Shown: positions 38,112 to 47,858, numbered from the stretch's first letter. The stretch is 64,000 bases of DNA from a virus (IMGVR_UViG_3300017917_002795:76595-140594), one strand, 5' to 3'. Program-made: numbers and translations. Notes: a model not told the origin generated them from the sequence alone.

Positions 38112-39275
38112 ATGGCGAAAACAAAAAGTAAACTCGAAATCGAGGACAGTTTAGCAAACACCTTAGCAGAAAGCATCAACAAACAATTTAAAGGTCAAGC
38201 ACTTAAAACAGCTTTCTTTTTAGATGGTGATGCTGATTCGCCGAGCAATGTATCTGAATGGATATCATCTGGATGTGATATGCTTGATTTAGCAATTTCA
38301 AATCGTCCACATGGAGGTTTTCCTGTTGGTCGAATCACCGAAGTTACTGGATTAGAAGCATCAGGTAAATCATTATTAGTATCGCATATAGCTGCAGAAA
38401 CACAGAAAAAAGGTGGATTAGCAGTTTATATAGATACTGAATCAGCAACTAGCGCTGAATTTATGTCAGCCATTGGTATTGATTTGAAAACCATGTTATA
38501 TGTTCCGCTAGAAACAATTGAAGAAATATTTGAAACAATTGAAACTATCGTTGAACAGGTTAGAAAATCAAACAAAGACCGATTAGTTACAATCATTGTA
38601 GATTCAGTGATGGGTGCTTCTACTAAAATAGAAATGGCAGCTGAATATGATAAAGATGGTTATGCAACTAGCAAATCGATTATATTGTCAAAGGCAATGC
38701 GTAAAGTTACCAATTGGATTGCTCGCGAGAATATTTGTTTGATATTCACCAATCAGCTTCGAACTAAATTAGGTGTATCGTTTGGAGACCAATGGACGAC
38801 ATCAGGCGGTAAAGCAATTCCATTCCATGCTTCTGTTCGACTTCGTTTAAAGAATACTGGAATGATTAAAGCCAAGATTAATGGTGTTGAACAAGTGGTT
38901 GGTAGCAAAACTGAAGTGCAAGTTGTTAAGAACCGAATGGGACCTCCACATCGTAAGGTAAATTATGAAATCTATTACGATTCAGGAATTGATAATTATG
39001 GTGGTTGGTTAGAAACAATGAAAAAGTTTGATTTAGTTAAACAAGCAGGCGCACATTATACATTGGAAGATGTGGATATTGCAACCAGCGAAACATATGG
39101 CGAAATCAAATTCCAATCAAAGAATTTCATGGAAAAGGTGATTGCAAAACCAGAAGTGAAAGAACGGTTATATCAAAGAATCTGTGATGCGTATATATTC
39201 AAATATCAAGCCGGAATCGATGGCGGAATTGATGATGTGATCATCACCGAAGAAGTTTATGATGAAGAAGGATAG
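38112..39275 (+). CDS. uvsX: RecA/UvsX recombinase
   Basis: Walker A GLEASGKS; YIDTE; IVDSV; FTNQLR; GGKAIPFHASVRL; KNR. Confidence 0.95.
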   Translation: MAKTKSKLEIEDSLANTLAESINKQFKGQALKTAFFLDGDADSPSNVSEWISSGCDMLDLAISNRPHGGFPVGRITEVTGLEASGKSLLVSHIAAETQKKGGLAVYIDTESATSAEFMSAIGIDLKTMLYVPLETIEEIFETIETIVEQVRKSNKDRLVTIIVDSVMGASTKIEMAAEYDKDGYATSKSIILSKAMRKVTNWIARENICLIFTNQLRTKLGVSFGDQWTTSGGKAIPFHASVRLRLKNTGMIKAKINGVEQVVGSKTEVQVVKNRMGPPHRKVNYEIYYDSGIDNYGGWLETMKKFDLVKQAGAHYTLEDVDIATSETYGEIKFQSKNFMEKVIAKPEVKERLYQRICDAYIFKYQAGIDGGIDDVIITEEVYDEEG

Positions 39276-40328
39276 ATGAACAAGTATCAAAGATTATTTA
39301 AAGAGTTACAACAACAAAAGAATTTAGGTCCGTCAAGTGTCAATGATCACCTCATGATAGTTGACGGCCTAAATACCTTTATCAGAGCATTCGGTGCTAC
39401 ACCAGCATACAACGAAGATGGCGACCATATTGGTGGTATCACCGGATTCTTGTATTCAATTGGTAAAACAATTCGAGATTTTCGACCTTCACGTTGCATA
39501 ATTGTTTTTGATGGACGAGGAGGTTCTGCAAAACGCAAACGCATATATGGTGATTACAAAGCCAATCGAGCCAATAAAACAAAGCTCCGGAGATATGATC
39601 ATCATGAATCAACCATCGAAGATGAACAAGAATCAATGCGACATCAGTTTAGCCGATTAGTGTCTTATTTAGATTGTTTACCAGTAACATTCATGGCCAT
39701 GGATGGTATTGAAGCTGATGATGCAATTGCATACATTGCTCAAATGTATGAAACAGAATGTAAAAAGATAACCATAGTTTCAACGGATCGAGATTTTTAT
39801 CAATTAGTAGATCATCGCATACAAGTTTGGTCTCCGATCAAAAAGAAAATGTATGACACTCAAGCAGTTCTAGATGAATTTGGTGTTCATCCTGCAAATA
39901 TGGTTATATACAGGTCATTCACAGGAGATACCTCAGATAATATACCAGGTGTTAATGGAATAGGTCCAAAAACCATATTGAAATTAGCACCAGAAATAGG
40001 CGATGCTGCAGAATTCACAACAGAAGCATTGTTTGAAAAATGTAGAACACGATTAACAGAATCGAAATCATATCAGAAAATTCTAGATAATTCACACATC
40101 ATAGAACAGAATTATCAACTCATGAACATCAAGCTATTGGACATACCAGCACAGACAGCATCAAAGATTCGAGGCATAATGGAACAACCGGTTGCAGAAT
40201 TAAATCGTGCTGAATTTCAACGTCTTTTTTATGAAGATAAGATGTGGGCTATCATGAAGAATCTACCAGACTGGTTAACTAACACCTGGCTATCGCTGAG
40301 CGCGTTTGCAAAACAAACACACAAATAA
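39276..40328 (+). CDS. 5'-3' exonuclease / flap endonuclease (T4 RNase H-like)
   Basis: VDGLN, VFDG, YKANR, EADDAI, STDRDFYQL and GDTSDNIPGV.GIGPKT motifs. Confidence 0.92.
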   Translation: MNKYQRLFKELQQQKNLGPSSVNDHLMIVDGLNTFIRAFGATPAYNEDGDHIGGITGFLYSIGKTIRDFRPSRCIIVFDGRGGSAKRKRIYGDYKANRANKTKLRRYDHHESTIEDEQESMRHQFSRLVSYLDCLPVTFMAMDGIEADDAIAYIAQMYETECKKITIVSTDRDFYQLVDHRIQVWSPIKKKMYDTQAVLDEFGVHPANMVIYRSFTGDTSDNIPGVNGIGPKTILKLAPEIGDAAEFTTEALFEKCRTRLTESKSYQKILDNSHIIEQNYQLMNIKLLDIPAQTASKIRGIMEQPVAELNRAEFQRLFYEDKMWAIMKNLPDWLTNTWLSLSAFAKQTHK

Positions 40329-40329
40329 T

Positions 40330-40358
40330 TTTGAATATGACAACAATTTTCTTATAAT
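40330..40358 (+). promoter_or_regulatory. Early promoter, predicted leaderless transcript
   Basis: TTTGAA-N17-TATAAT, ending 6 nt before ATG 40365. Confidence 0.7.
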
Positions 40359-40364
40359 AGTTAT

Positions 40365-41732
40365 ATGACGGATAAACTGGCGGAGTATGGATTTGGATTT
40401 CAAGTAAAGGTCCTAGCGGCATTATTTACGGATAGATCATTTTTGCAACAAATTGCTGATATTATTCAATCAGACTATTTTGAATCAGATGCAAATAGTT
40501 GGATTTTGGATGTTATATTAACACATTTCAGAGAATATAAATCACCACCAAGCAAAGATGTACTCAAAGTTAAATTAACGGAACTGAGTGATGATGGGCC
40601 AGAATCAATACTAAAGACGGCTATATTAGAACAACTCAAAGAAGTTTTCCGGTATATGGAGTCAGATGATCTTTCATTTGTTAAAGATGAAATTCTGCGA
40701 TTCTGTAAAAATCAGGAAATTAAACGAGCGATTATGGATTCAGTAGGTTTACTCAAAATGGGTAACTATGATGAAATAAAGAGTAAGATTGATGGTGCAA
40801 TGAAAGCTGGTGCTGATACTAACATTGGTTTAGAATACAAACAAAATGTTGCGGCACGATATGAAGAAGCTGCTCGACACCCCATCACAACAGGCTGGGA
40901 TGTAATTGATGATTTAATGGATGGTGGTCTAGCTCTTGGTGAGTTAGGAGTAGTAATGGCACCGGCTGGTATTGGTAAATCATGGATGCTTATTAATATT
41001 GGCGCCAATGCAATCAAAGCCGGTAAAACCGTTATACATTATACACTTGAACTCAATGAGAACTATGTAGGTCAGCGCTATGACTCCGTTTTAACTGGGA
41101 TTAATGCTCAGGCATTAAAGAACCATCAAGACACTGTAGAAGAACGTATGCATAGTCTTAAAGGTGATTTAATAGTGAAGTATTTCCCAACCAAGTCAAT
41201 TGGCGTAATGGGACTTAAAGCACACCTAGAAAAAACAATTATGCTAGGCAAAACGCCGGATTTAATTATTGTGGATTATGGTGATTTATTGAAGATTAAT
41301 GCGAAAAAAGATAAACATGAAGCTCTTGAAGAATTATACGAAGAATTACGGGGAATGGCAGGAGAGTATAATATACCTGTTTGGACAGCTTCGCAAGCAG
41401 GTCGCTCTGCATTGGAAGAAGATATCATTGAAGCAGATAAAATAGCATCTTCATATGGTAAAGTAATGGTTGCTGATTTCTTGATGTCATTGTCGAGAAA
41501 AGTAGAAGATAAGATGTCTGGGACTGGACGTGGTCACGTTATTAAGAATCGTTTCGGACCAGATGGTATAACGTTACCAAGCAAGATTAATACGAATAAT
41601 GGTCAGTTTCAATTCTTTGAACCCGATACCACTCAAGGTAAACAAACAACTCAAACAATGAAAACAGGTGAAAATCTTATCAAAAAAAGTTTGGCACAAA
41701 AGTTCAAAGATTTGGGCGGACAATTAGGATAA
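40365..41732 (+). CDS. Replicative DnaB-type helicase (gp41-like)
   Basis: APAGIGKS, YTLEL, IVDYGD, WTASQ and KNRFG motifs. Confidence 0.93.
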   Translation: MTDKLAEYGFGFQVKVLAALFTDRSFLQQIADIIQSDYFESDANSWILDVILTHFREYKSPPSKDVLKVKLTELSDDGPESILKTAILEQLKEVFRYMESDDLSFVKDEILRFCKNQEIKRAIMDSVGLLKMGNYDEIKSKIDGAMKAGADTNIGLEYKQNVAARYEEAARHPITTGWDVIDDLMDGGLALGELGVVMAPAGIGKSWMLINIGANAIKAGKTVIHYTLELNENYVGQRYDSVLTGINAQALKNHQDTVEERMHSLKGDLIVKYFPTKSIGVMGLKAHLEKTIMLGKTPDLIIVDYGDLLKINAKKDKHEALEELYEELRGMAGEYNIPVWTASQAGRSALEEDIIEADKIASSYGKVMVADFLMSLSRKVEDKMSGTGRGHVIKNRFGPDGITLPSKINTNNGQFQFFEPDTTQGKQTTQTMKTGENLIKKSLAQKFKDLGGQLG

Positions 41733-41752
41733 ACATATATTTATATAAAATG

Positions 41753-41785
41753 AGGTCCGGGTGTAACGCTCCGGCCTTTTTTTGT
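41753..41785 (+). terminator. GC hairpin plus T-run after the helicase gene
   Basis: AGGtCCGG...CCGGCCT followed by a T-run. Confidence 0.65.
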
Positions 41786-41827
41786 CTAAAAACAAATTAA
41801 GTTAACAACATTAAAAGGATTTATGCA

Positions 41828-43090
41828 ATGGAAATATCAAACAAAATTTTGAGTGAAATAACAGTATACATGAAGTATGCCAAATACATTCCAGAACTCA
41901 ACCGCCGAGAAACTTGGGAAGAATTAGTTACAAGAAACAAGGAAATGCACATTAAAAAATATCCACAGTTACAAGATGAAATTGAAGCTGCATATCAGTT
42001 TGTGTATGATAAAAAGATATTACCATCAATGCGTAGTTTGCAATTTGGCGGCAAACCAATTGAAATTTCTCCAAACCGTATTTACAATTGTGCATATCTT
42101 CCAATTGATGATTACAGAGCATTTGGTGAAGCAATGTTTTTGCTGTTAGGCGGTACTGGCGTAGGATATTCAGTGCAAGCTCATCATGTTGAGAAACTAC
42201 CAGAAATACGCAAACCTAATCCTAAAAAGACACGTAGATTCTTAATTGCAGATTCAATTGAAGGTTGGGCAGATGCGGTAAAAGCTGTTGTTAAATCTTA
42301 TTTTGAAGGCGGATCCACATTTGTGTTTGATTTTTCTGATATTCGACCAAAAGGCGCTCGATTAGTTACATCGGGAGGAAAAGCACCAGGACCGCAGCCA
42401 CTTAAAGAATGTTTAATTAAACTTCAAGGAATCTTAGATGCAAAAGACGATGGCGATAAACTTTCTCCAATTGAAGTGCATGATATGGTATGTCATGTTG
42501 CGGACGCAGTGTTGGCTGGTGGTATTCGTAGAGCAGCACTCATTAGCTTGTTTAGCGCTGATGATGAAGAAATGATTGCATGTAAATCAGGTAATTGGTG
42601 GGAAACAAATCCACAAAGAGGCCGAGCAAACAATTCAGCAGTATTAATACGACACAAAGTTACCCGTGAATTCTTTATGGATTTATGGAAACGAGTAGAA
42701 TTGTCAGGAGCTGGTGAACCAGGTATTTATCTATCCAATGACAAAGATTGGGGAACTAATCCATGTTGTTTTATCGGCGATACTAAGATACAAACTTCAT
42801 CAGGTACTTTAACTATTAAAGAAATCGTTGATAAAGTTAATGCTGGCGATTCATGTGAAGTTATTTCATTTAATGAACAAACTAAACAAATTGTGTTGAA
42901 TAGTGTAACAGCAGGAATGTTAAGTAAAAAAGATGCAAATGTAGTTAAACTGACAGTGGAAGAAAATGGAATTCGATATTCTGTTACATGTACTCCTGAT
43001 CATAAATTCTATACTAATAACAGGGGTTGGGTAGAATGTAAAGATTTGTGTTCAGATGATGACATTGTAATATATAATTCAATTTCATAA
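41828..43090 (+). CDS. nrdJ: Class II (B12-dependent) ribonucleotide reductase, N-terminal half fused to the N-intein
   Basis: RRETW, PSMRSLQF, YNCA, GGTGVGYS, GGIRRAALI, GEPG and WGTNPC, followed by intein start CFIGDT. Confidence 0.93.
   Translation: MEISNKILSEITVYMKYAKYIPELNRRETWEELVTRNKEMHIKKYPQLQDEIEAAYQFVYDKKILPSMRSLQFGGKPIEISPNRIYNCAYLPIDDYRAFGEAMFLLLGGTGVGYSVQAHHVEKLPEIRKPNPKKTRRFLIADSIEGWADAVKAVVKSYFEGGSTFVFDFSDIRPKGARLVTSGGKAPGPQPLKECLIKLQGILDAKDDGDKLSPIEVHDMVCHVADAVLAGGIRRAALISLFSADDEEMIACKSGNWWETNPQRGRANNSAVLIRHKVTREFFMDLWKRVELSGAGEPGIYLSNDKDWGTNPCCFIGDTKIQTSSGTLTIKEIVDKVNAGDSCEVISFNEQTKQIVLNSVTAGMLSKKDANVVKLTVEENGIRYSVTCTPDHKFYTNNRGWVECKDLCSDDDIVIYNSIS
42767..43090 (+). mobile_element. 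Split intein, N-fragment (107 aa)
   Basis: Block A CFIGDTKI; block B CTPDHKFYT..RGW; ends at a stop codon. Confidence 0.9.
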
Positions 43091-43099
43091 AAAATATAA

Positions 43100-43168
43100 A
43101 TTTGCCCTTATTTTAATACAATGTCATATATTTATATTAAATGATATCGCATTAAAATGAGGGCAAAT
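43100..43168 (+). promoter_or_regulatory. RBS-sequestering hairpin with a late motif in the loop
   Basis: ATTTGCCCTTATTTTAAT (43100-43117) pairs with ATTAAAATGAGGGCAAAT (43151-43168): 17 Watson-Crick pairs plus 1 GU. ATATTTAT at 43128. Confidence 0.85.
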
Positions 43169-43170
43169 AT

Positions 43171-43965
43171 ATGAAAAATGGGGGAAAGGTAAAATTAGGA
43201 TCTGCGAAAAATAGAGGGTATATCGGATACCACACTACATGGGATAATAAAAAAGTTTTTTTACGTAGTAAAGCGGAATTTATTTTTGCGAAATCATTAG
43301 ATATAGAAAAAATACCATACATGTTAGAATGCGTAACATATCGAATAGATAATAAATATTATAAACCGGATTTTTTTATATTTGATGATAATTATAGTAC
43401 GATTAAAAAAATCATAGAAATAAAAGGATTAGACGATAAGAAAACAGCATTGATGTATTTGGATAAATATAAACCATATTTTAATAGCATAGGGATTGAA
43501 TATGATGTAGTATGGAAATATCAAGCATTGATTACTAAATATCAATTGCATGAAGAAATTGAAAAATGGATTACTACGTCTATTCAAAAATATGATTTTA
43601 TTTCAGATACATCTGGCAAAAATAATCCAATGTATGGCCGAAAACAAACAGAAGAAACGAAAAAACGAATACAAACTAAGGCAATTGAACGACAAACTGA
43701 TGAATACCGTAAAAAGAATTCTGAAGCACAGAAAGCATTTTGGACGACCGAAAGGGGCTTACAACGAAAACTAGAAATTTCTTTGCAACGAACACAAGAT
43801 GCTATACTAAAAAACCCAATTGTTGATAGACAGTGTAAACATTGTAATAATATATTTGAAACTAAATTAAAAACTAAAAAACAATTTTGTTCAGGTTTAT
43901 GTAATAGGACATGGTCTTATAAAAATATACCTGGGTATGGAAAATGGAGAAAAAAACATGGCTAA
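43171..43965 (+). CDS. Free-standing homing endonuclease, PD-(D/E)xK type with NUMOD3-like motif
   Basis: RSKAE...Y.PDFF...IEIKG; SGKNNPMYGRKQTEETK; C-terminal CxxC...CxxxC; lies between the intein halves. Confidence 0.8.
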   Translation: MKNGGKVKLGSAKNRGYIGYHTTWDNKKVFLRSKAEFIFAKSLDIEKIPYMLECVTYRIDNKYYKPDFFIFDDNYSTIKKIIEIKGLDDKKTALMYLDKYKPYFNSIGIEYDVVWKYQALITKYQLHEEIEKWITTSIQKYDFISDTSGKNNPMYGRKQTEETKKRIQTKAIERQTDEYRKKNSEAQKAFWTTERGLQRKLEISLQRTQDAILKNPIVDRQCKHCNNIFETKLKTKKQFCSGLCNRTWSYKNIPGYGKWRKKHG

Positions 43966-44065
43966 ATTAATATCAATTGAAATACTAGATAAACGAGAAG
44001 ATGTATATGACATCGAAGTTGAGGATAATCATAATTTTTTTGCGAATGGAATATTAGCACATAAT
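43958..44065 (+). mobile_element. Split intein, C-fragment (36 aa)
   Basis: Blocks F/G VYDIEVEDNHNFFANGILAHN, followed by +1 Cys. Confidence 0.92.
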
Positions 44066-44983
44066 TGTGAAATTGCACTTCGCCCTTTCCAATTCTGTAA
44101 TCTTTGTGAAGTAAATGCATCGGATATTGAATCACAAGAAGACCTTGAAACCCGCGTTCGAGTAGCTGCATTTATCGGAACACTTCAAGCTGGATACACT
44201 GATTTTCATTATCTACGTCCGGTTTGGAAACGCACAACTGAAAAAGATGCGCTTATTGGCGTATCAATGACAGGTATTGGTTCTGGAACGGTATTAGGAT
44301 ATGATATGAAAGCGGCTGCACGAGCAGTTAAAGCAGAAAATGAACGTGTTGCAAACGTCATTGGTATTAATCGATCAGCTCGTACAACAACTGTTAAGCC
44401 CGCAGGAACAACATCATTAGCATTAGGAACATCATCTGGAATTCATGCATGGCACAATGATTACTATATCCGTCGAATCCGTGTTGGAAAGAATGAAGCA
44501 ATTTATTCTTATTTAGCAGCAAATCACCCAGAACTTGTTGAAGATGAATATTTCCGTCCACATGACACGGCAGTTATCTCAATTCCACAAAAAGCTCCAG
44601 AAGGTTCCATACTAAGAACAGAATCACCATTTGCATTGCTAGATCGCATCAAAAAAGTGCATTTAGAATGGGTTAAACCAGGACATCGAAGCGGAAACAA
44701 TACTCATAATGTATCTGCAACCGTATCACTTAAAGCAGATGAATGGGAATTGGCAGGAGAATGGATGTGGGAGAATCGTCAACATTATAATGGATTATCA
44801 GTTTTACCATTCGATGGAGGCACATATACCCAAGCTCCTTTCGAGGATATTACTAAAGAACAATATGAAACAATGATGAAATCACTTCATAACATTGATT
44901 TGAGTCAAGTAATTGAATTAGATGACAATACAGACCTGTCAGGAGAATTGGCTTGTGCTGGTGGAGCGTGTGAGATAAAGTAA
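43958..44983 (+). CDS. nrdJ: Class II ribonucleotide reductase, C-intein plus C-terminal half
   Basis: Start MAKL at 43958 with GGAG RBS; HN|CEIALRPFQFCNL; TTVKPAGT.S; C-terminal ACAGGACE. Confidence 0.93.
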   Translation: MAKLISIEILDKREDVYDIEVEDNHNFFANGILAHNCEIALRPFQFCNLCEVNASDIESQEDLETRVRVAAFIGTLQAGYTDFHYLRPVWKRTTEKDALIGVSMTGIGSGTVLGYDMKAAARAVKAENERVANVIGINRSARTTTVKPAGTTSLALGTSSGIHAWHNDYYIRRIRVGKNEAIYSYLAANHPELVEDEYFRPHDTAVISIPQKAPEGSILRTESPFALLDRIKKVHLEWVKPGHRSGNNTHNVSATVSLKADEWELAGEWMWENRQHYNGLSVLPFDGGTYTQAPFEDITKEQYETMMKSLHNIDLSQVIELDDNTDLSGELACAGGACEIK

Positions 44984-45198
44984 TGATACAACCGGCTGCA
45001 AAAGATTGGATACAACAACAGTTTGTAAAGGAGTTTGGCAACAAGCTCCTTCCGGATGATTTCTACTATGAAAATGGATATCGCGTAATGACCGAATCAT
45101 ATCATCGACGACGTGGTACATGTTGCGGAAATGGTTGTAGACACTGTCCATATGTACCACGTCATGTAAAAGGCAATACTGTGTTGAAAGATATTTAA
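44983..45198 (+). CDS. DUF5522-like Cys-rich small protein
   Basis: YYENG..V.T..YH..RG.CCGNGCRHCPY. Confidence 0.7.
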   Translation: MIQPAAKDWIQQQFVKEFGNKLLPDDFYYENGYRVMTESYHRRRGTCCGNGCRHCPYVPRHVKGNTVLKDI

Positions 45199-45212
45199 TA
45201 TAAAGGATATTC

Positions 45213-45995
45213 ATGTTAATAGAAGGCATCAGATTTGAAAACAATCAAGTGGTATTTGATTTTGCAAACGACCAACCTGATGATATCATTCCATTAAAAC
45301 TACAAAAATACAACGATAAGTTTGTAAGCATGAACAACATACCTACTTATTATGCGTATCGCATAAACCCATCATATAAAGGTTCTGTTCAGTCTGATCC
45401 AAGAATTGCTACGGTTCGAGATGCTATAAAAAATGTAACAATCAGCCGAGAAGATTATGTTCGTTTCATTACCAAGGCATTCATCAATTTTGATCAACGC
45501 GTTGACAAGTTAAGTTCGTATGATTTAATTGTTTTGCCACAATCATCATCACCCCTGCTAGTTCAAGTAGTTGAATCATTAGGTCAAAAATATGGAACTG
45601 CCATTGAAGTTATTGATTCTGCATTTGTAAAAAACAAGATAACTGATATAACGGTAGATCCGCAAATTATTCAAGGTATCCGAGACAAATATGGTGATAA
45701 AAAAGCAGATTACATTGCAAAACGGTATGCGGACTTAATCAAATCAGCAGAAGTTAATGGTGAATTCAAAATGAAGAAGATTCCTACGGATATGGGATTT
45801 CGTAGAGGTATCACAAATTTTCTTCATATCAATGATAACCGTAAAGATGCAATACTTAAACAAGTTTATGGCGGAAAGATTTTGATTGTAGATGACATCA
45901 TTACAAGTGGTACTACTATGGTTGAAATGAAACGGTTATTAGATGATTTAGGTGCCGCATCAGTTAACTTATTTTGCATATTAGGTTTAAGATAA
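45213..45995 (+). CDS. Type I phosphoribosyltransferase-like protein (ComF-like)
   Basis: PRPP-binding loop ILIVDDIITSGTT; V.PQSSS. Confidence 0.8.
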   Translation: MLIEGIRFENNQVVFDFANDQPDDIIPLKLQKYNDKFVSMNNIPTYYAYRINPSYKGSVQSDPRIATVRDAIKNVTISREDYVRFITKAFINFDQRVDKLSSYDLIVLPQSSSPLLVQVVESLGQKYGTAIEVIDSAFVKNKITDITVDPQIIQGIRDKYGDKKADYIAKRYADLIKSAEVNGEFKMKKIPTDMGFRRGITNFLHINDNRKDAILKQVYGGKILIVDDIITSGTTMVEMKRLLDDLGAASVNLFCILGLR

Positions 45996-45996
45996 T

Positions 45997-46025
45997 TTGG
46001 ATTGTTGTATTTTTTTCATTATCTT
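45997..46025 (+). promoter_or_regulatory. Early promoter, predicted leaderless transcript
   Basis: TTGGAT-N17-TATCTT, ending 6 nt before ATG 46032. Confidence 0.65.
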
Positions 46026-46031
46026 TATGTT

Positions 46032-46370
46032 ATGAAACTAGCAGTTGTTGGTAGTAGATCTTTTTCGGACAAAACCATGTTAACAAATATATTAGATCAA
46101 CAACAGAATATTTCTTGCATCATATCCGGTGGTGCTCGTGGGGTTGACACATTAGCAGAACAGTGGGCACGATCCAAAAATGTTGAAACTAAAATCTTTT
46201 TGCCGGATTGGTTGTCATATGGTCGAGCAGCAGGTCCAATACGAAATCGAAACATCATTGAAGCGTGTGATGAATGCGTTGCATTTTGGGATGGAGAAAG
46301 CCCCGGCACGCGAAGTTCAATTGAATTATGTAATAAGTTAGGAAAACCTATCAAGATAGTTATCATTTAA
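46032..46370 (+). CDS. SLOG-superfamily protein (YspA/DUF2493-like)
   Basis: AVVGSR, IISGGARGVD, W..YGRAAGPIRN and AFWDGESPGT motifs. Confidence 0.82.
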   Translation: MKLAVVGSRSFSDKTMLTNILDQQQNISCIISGGARGVDTLAEQWARSKNVETKIFLPDWLSYGRAAGPIRNRNIIEACDECVAFWDGESPGTRSSIELCNKLGKPIKIVII

Positions 46371-46371
46371 C

Positions 46372-46400
46372 TTTGAATATTCACTAAAATATCTTATATT
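46372..46400 (+). promoter_or_regulatory. Early promoter
   Basis: TTTGAA-N17-TATATT. Confidence 0.6.
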
Positions 46401-46418
46401 ATTAATAAGAATCAAGTT

Positions 46419-47138
46419 ATGACAAAAGAACAAAGAAAAAATTTAGAATTAGTTGAATCTGGTTTCGCGAATGGCATTTCCACTCAACTTGCAACGAAAC
46501 AGGCAATATTTGGACCAGATGCTGAATTAACTCAAGAAGAAAAACAAGCAATCATTACGGAGGCTGCATATCACTATGGTGAATTCTTAAGAGCATTAGG
46601 AGTAGCTTGGGAAAATGACCCTAATAGCGCAGATACTCCACGCAGAGTTGCAAAGGCGTATGTAAATGATTTATGGGCTGGTCGTTATAATCCAATGTCA
46701 GGCATCACAGCATTTCCTAGTGACGGATATGATGGAATTGTACAAGAAAGTAATATACCAGTAACATCAATGTGCTCACATCACCATGAAACAATTATGG
46801 GTAATGTTAGTATTGCATATATTCCTGCGAAAGATGGCAAGGTAGTGGGGCTTAGCAAGTTAAATAGAATCGTAGAGCATTTTGGTAGACGAGGTTCAAT
46901 TCAAGAACAATTAACAGTTGCTGTACATAATGCTGTAGATCAGATCTGTGAAGGTAATTTAGGCGTTGCTGTAATGATTAATGCAACACATAATTGCGTG
47001 CAATGCAGAGGTGTTAAACATAGAGGCGCATCAATGCAAACAGCAAAACTTTCAGGTGCTTTCTTAGACGATCCAGCAGCTCGAGCAGAATTTTATAAAA
47101 ATATGGAATTTGCAACTAGTTGTAAACATAATCATTGA
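46419..47138 (+). CDS. folE: GTP cyclohydrolase I
   Basis: TPRRVAK, SMCSHH, GLSKLNR, IQEQLT and HNCVQCRGV motifs. Confidence 0.95.
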   Translation: MTKEQRKNLELVESGFANGISTQLATKQAIFGPDAELTQEEKQAIITEAAYHYGEFLRALGVAWENDPNSADTPRRVAKAYVNDLWAGRYNPMSGITAFPSDGYDGIVQESNIPVTSMCSHHHETIMGNVSIAYIPAKDGKVVGLSKLNRIVEHFGRRGSIQEQLTVAVHNAVDQICEGNLGVAVMINATHNCVQCRGVKHRGASMQTAKLSGAFLDDPAARAEFYKNMEFATSCKHNH

Positions 47139-47151
47139 TACATCATTATCA

Positions 47152-47200
47152 ATAATATTTTTTTAATGGTAACTACATATTTATATTAAAAGGATATTAT
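47152..47200 (+). promoter_or_regulatory. RBS/start-sequestering hairpin with a late motif in the loop
   Basis: ATAATATTTTTTTAAT (47152-47167) pairs with ATTAAAAGGATATTAT (47185-47200): 14 Watson-Crick plus 2 GU. ATATTTAT at 47177. Confidence 0.7.
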
Positions 47201-47840
47201 GGTAACATGTAAATTATGTAAAAAAGATTTTCATCGAATTTCGAATACACATTTAAAGCGCCATGGAATTACATGTAATGAATATATGCAACAATTTCCA
47301 GATGCCGAAATGGTTGATGCCGAATTGAAAAAACAAATATCATTATCATCATATGGAAAAACATATGAACAGAGATATGGCGTAGAAACTGCAACTAAAT
47401 TACGAGAACAGCGTAAAGTTGATGCAAAAAAACAATTTTCTGATATTGAACAACGTAGAATTCGATTTAATTCAAATTGGAAAGGATATGGAGATTTATC
47501 AGGAGATCATTGGCGTCGTATTCAGAATGGAGCTTTAGGACGAAATTTAGAACTAAATATTACAATTGAAGATGCGTGGAATGTTTACTTGAAACAAAAT
47601 GGTAAATGTGCAATATCAGGAATTGATATTACATTAAGAGGCCAAAAAATAGGAATGTCTTCAAAATCTGTACATGAAAAAACTACAGCATCGCTGGATA
47701 GAATTGACAGTAGTAAAGGCTATACTATTGATAATATACAGTGGATACATAAAGATTTGAATCAAATGAAAAGTGATCGTACTATGGAGACATTTTTATA
47801 TTGGGTAAAAACTATATACGAAAATAAATTTGGAATTTAA
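47199..47840 (+). CDS. Free-standing HNH-like endonuclease with N-terminal Zn finger
   Basis: CKLC...THL..HG; CAISG...ASLDRIDSSKGY..DNIQW....N.MK. Confidence 0.75.
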   Translation: MVTCKLCKKDFHRISNTHLKRHGITCNEYMQQFPDAEMVDAELKKQISLSSYGKTYEQRYGVETATKLREQRKVDAKKQFSDIEQRRIRFNSNWKGYGDLSGDHWRRIQNGALGRNLELNITIEDAWNVYLKQNGKCAISGIDITLRGQKIGMSSKSVHEKTTASLDRIDSSKGYTIDNIQWIHKDLNQMKSDRTMETFLYWVKTIYENKFGI

Positions 47841-47858
47841 TAAACAATTAATTATATT
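47830..47858 (+). promoter_or_regulatory. Early promoter
   Basis: TTGGAA-N17-TATATT. Confidence 0.6.

Noticed and set aside
43091-43957. Group I intron interrupting nrdJ
   Set aside because: Only about 80 non-coding nt are present and the hairpin explains them; both flanks carry intein motifs and the C-half has its own RBS and ATG.
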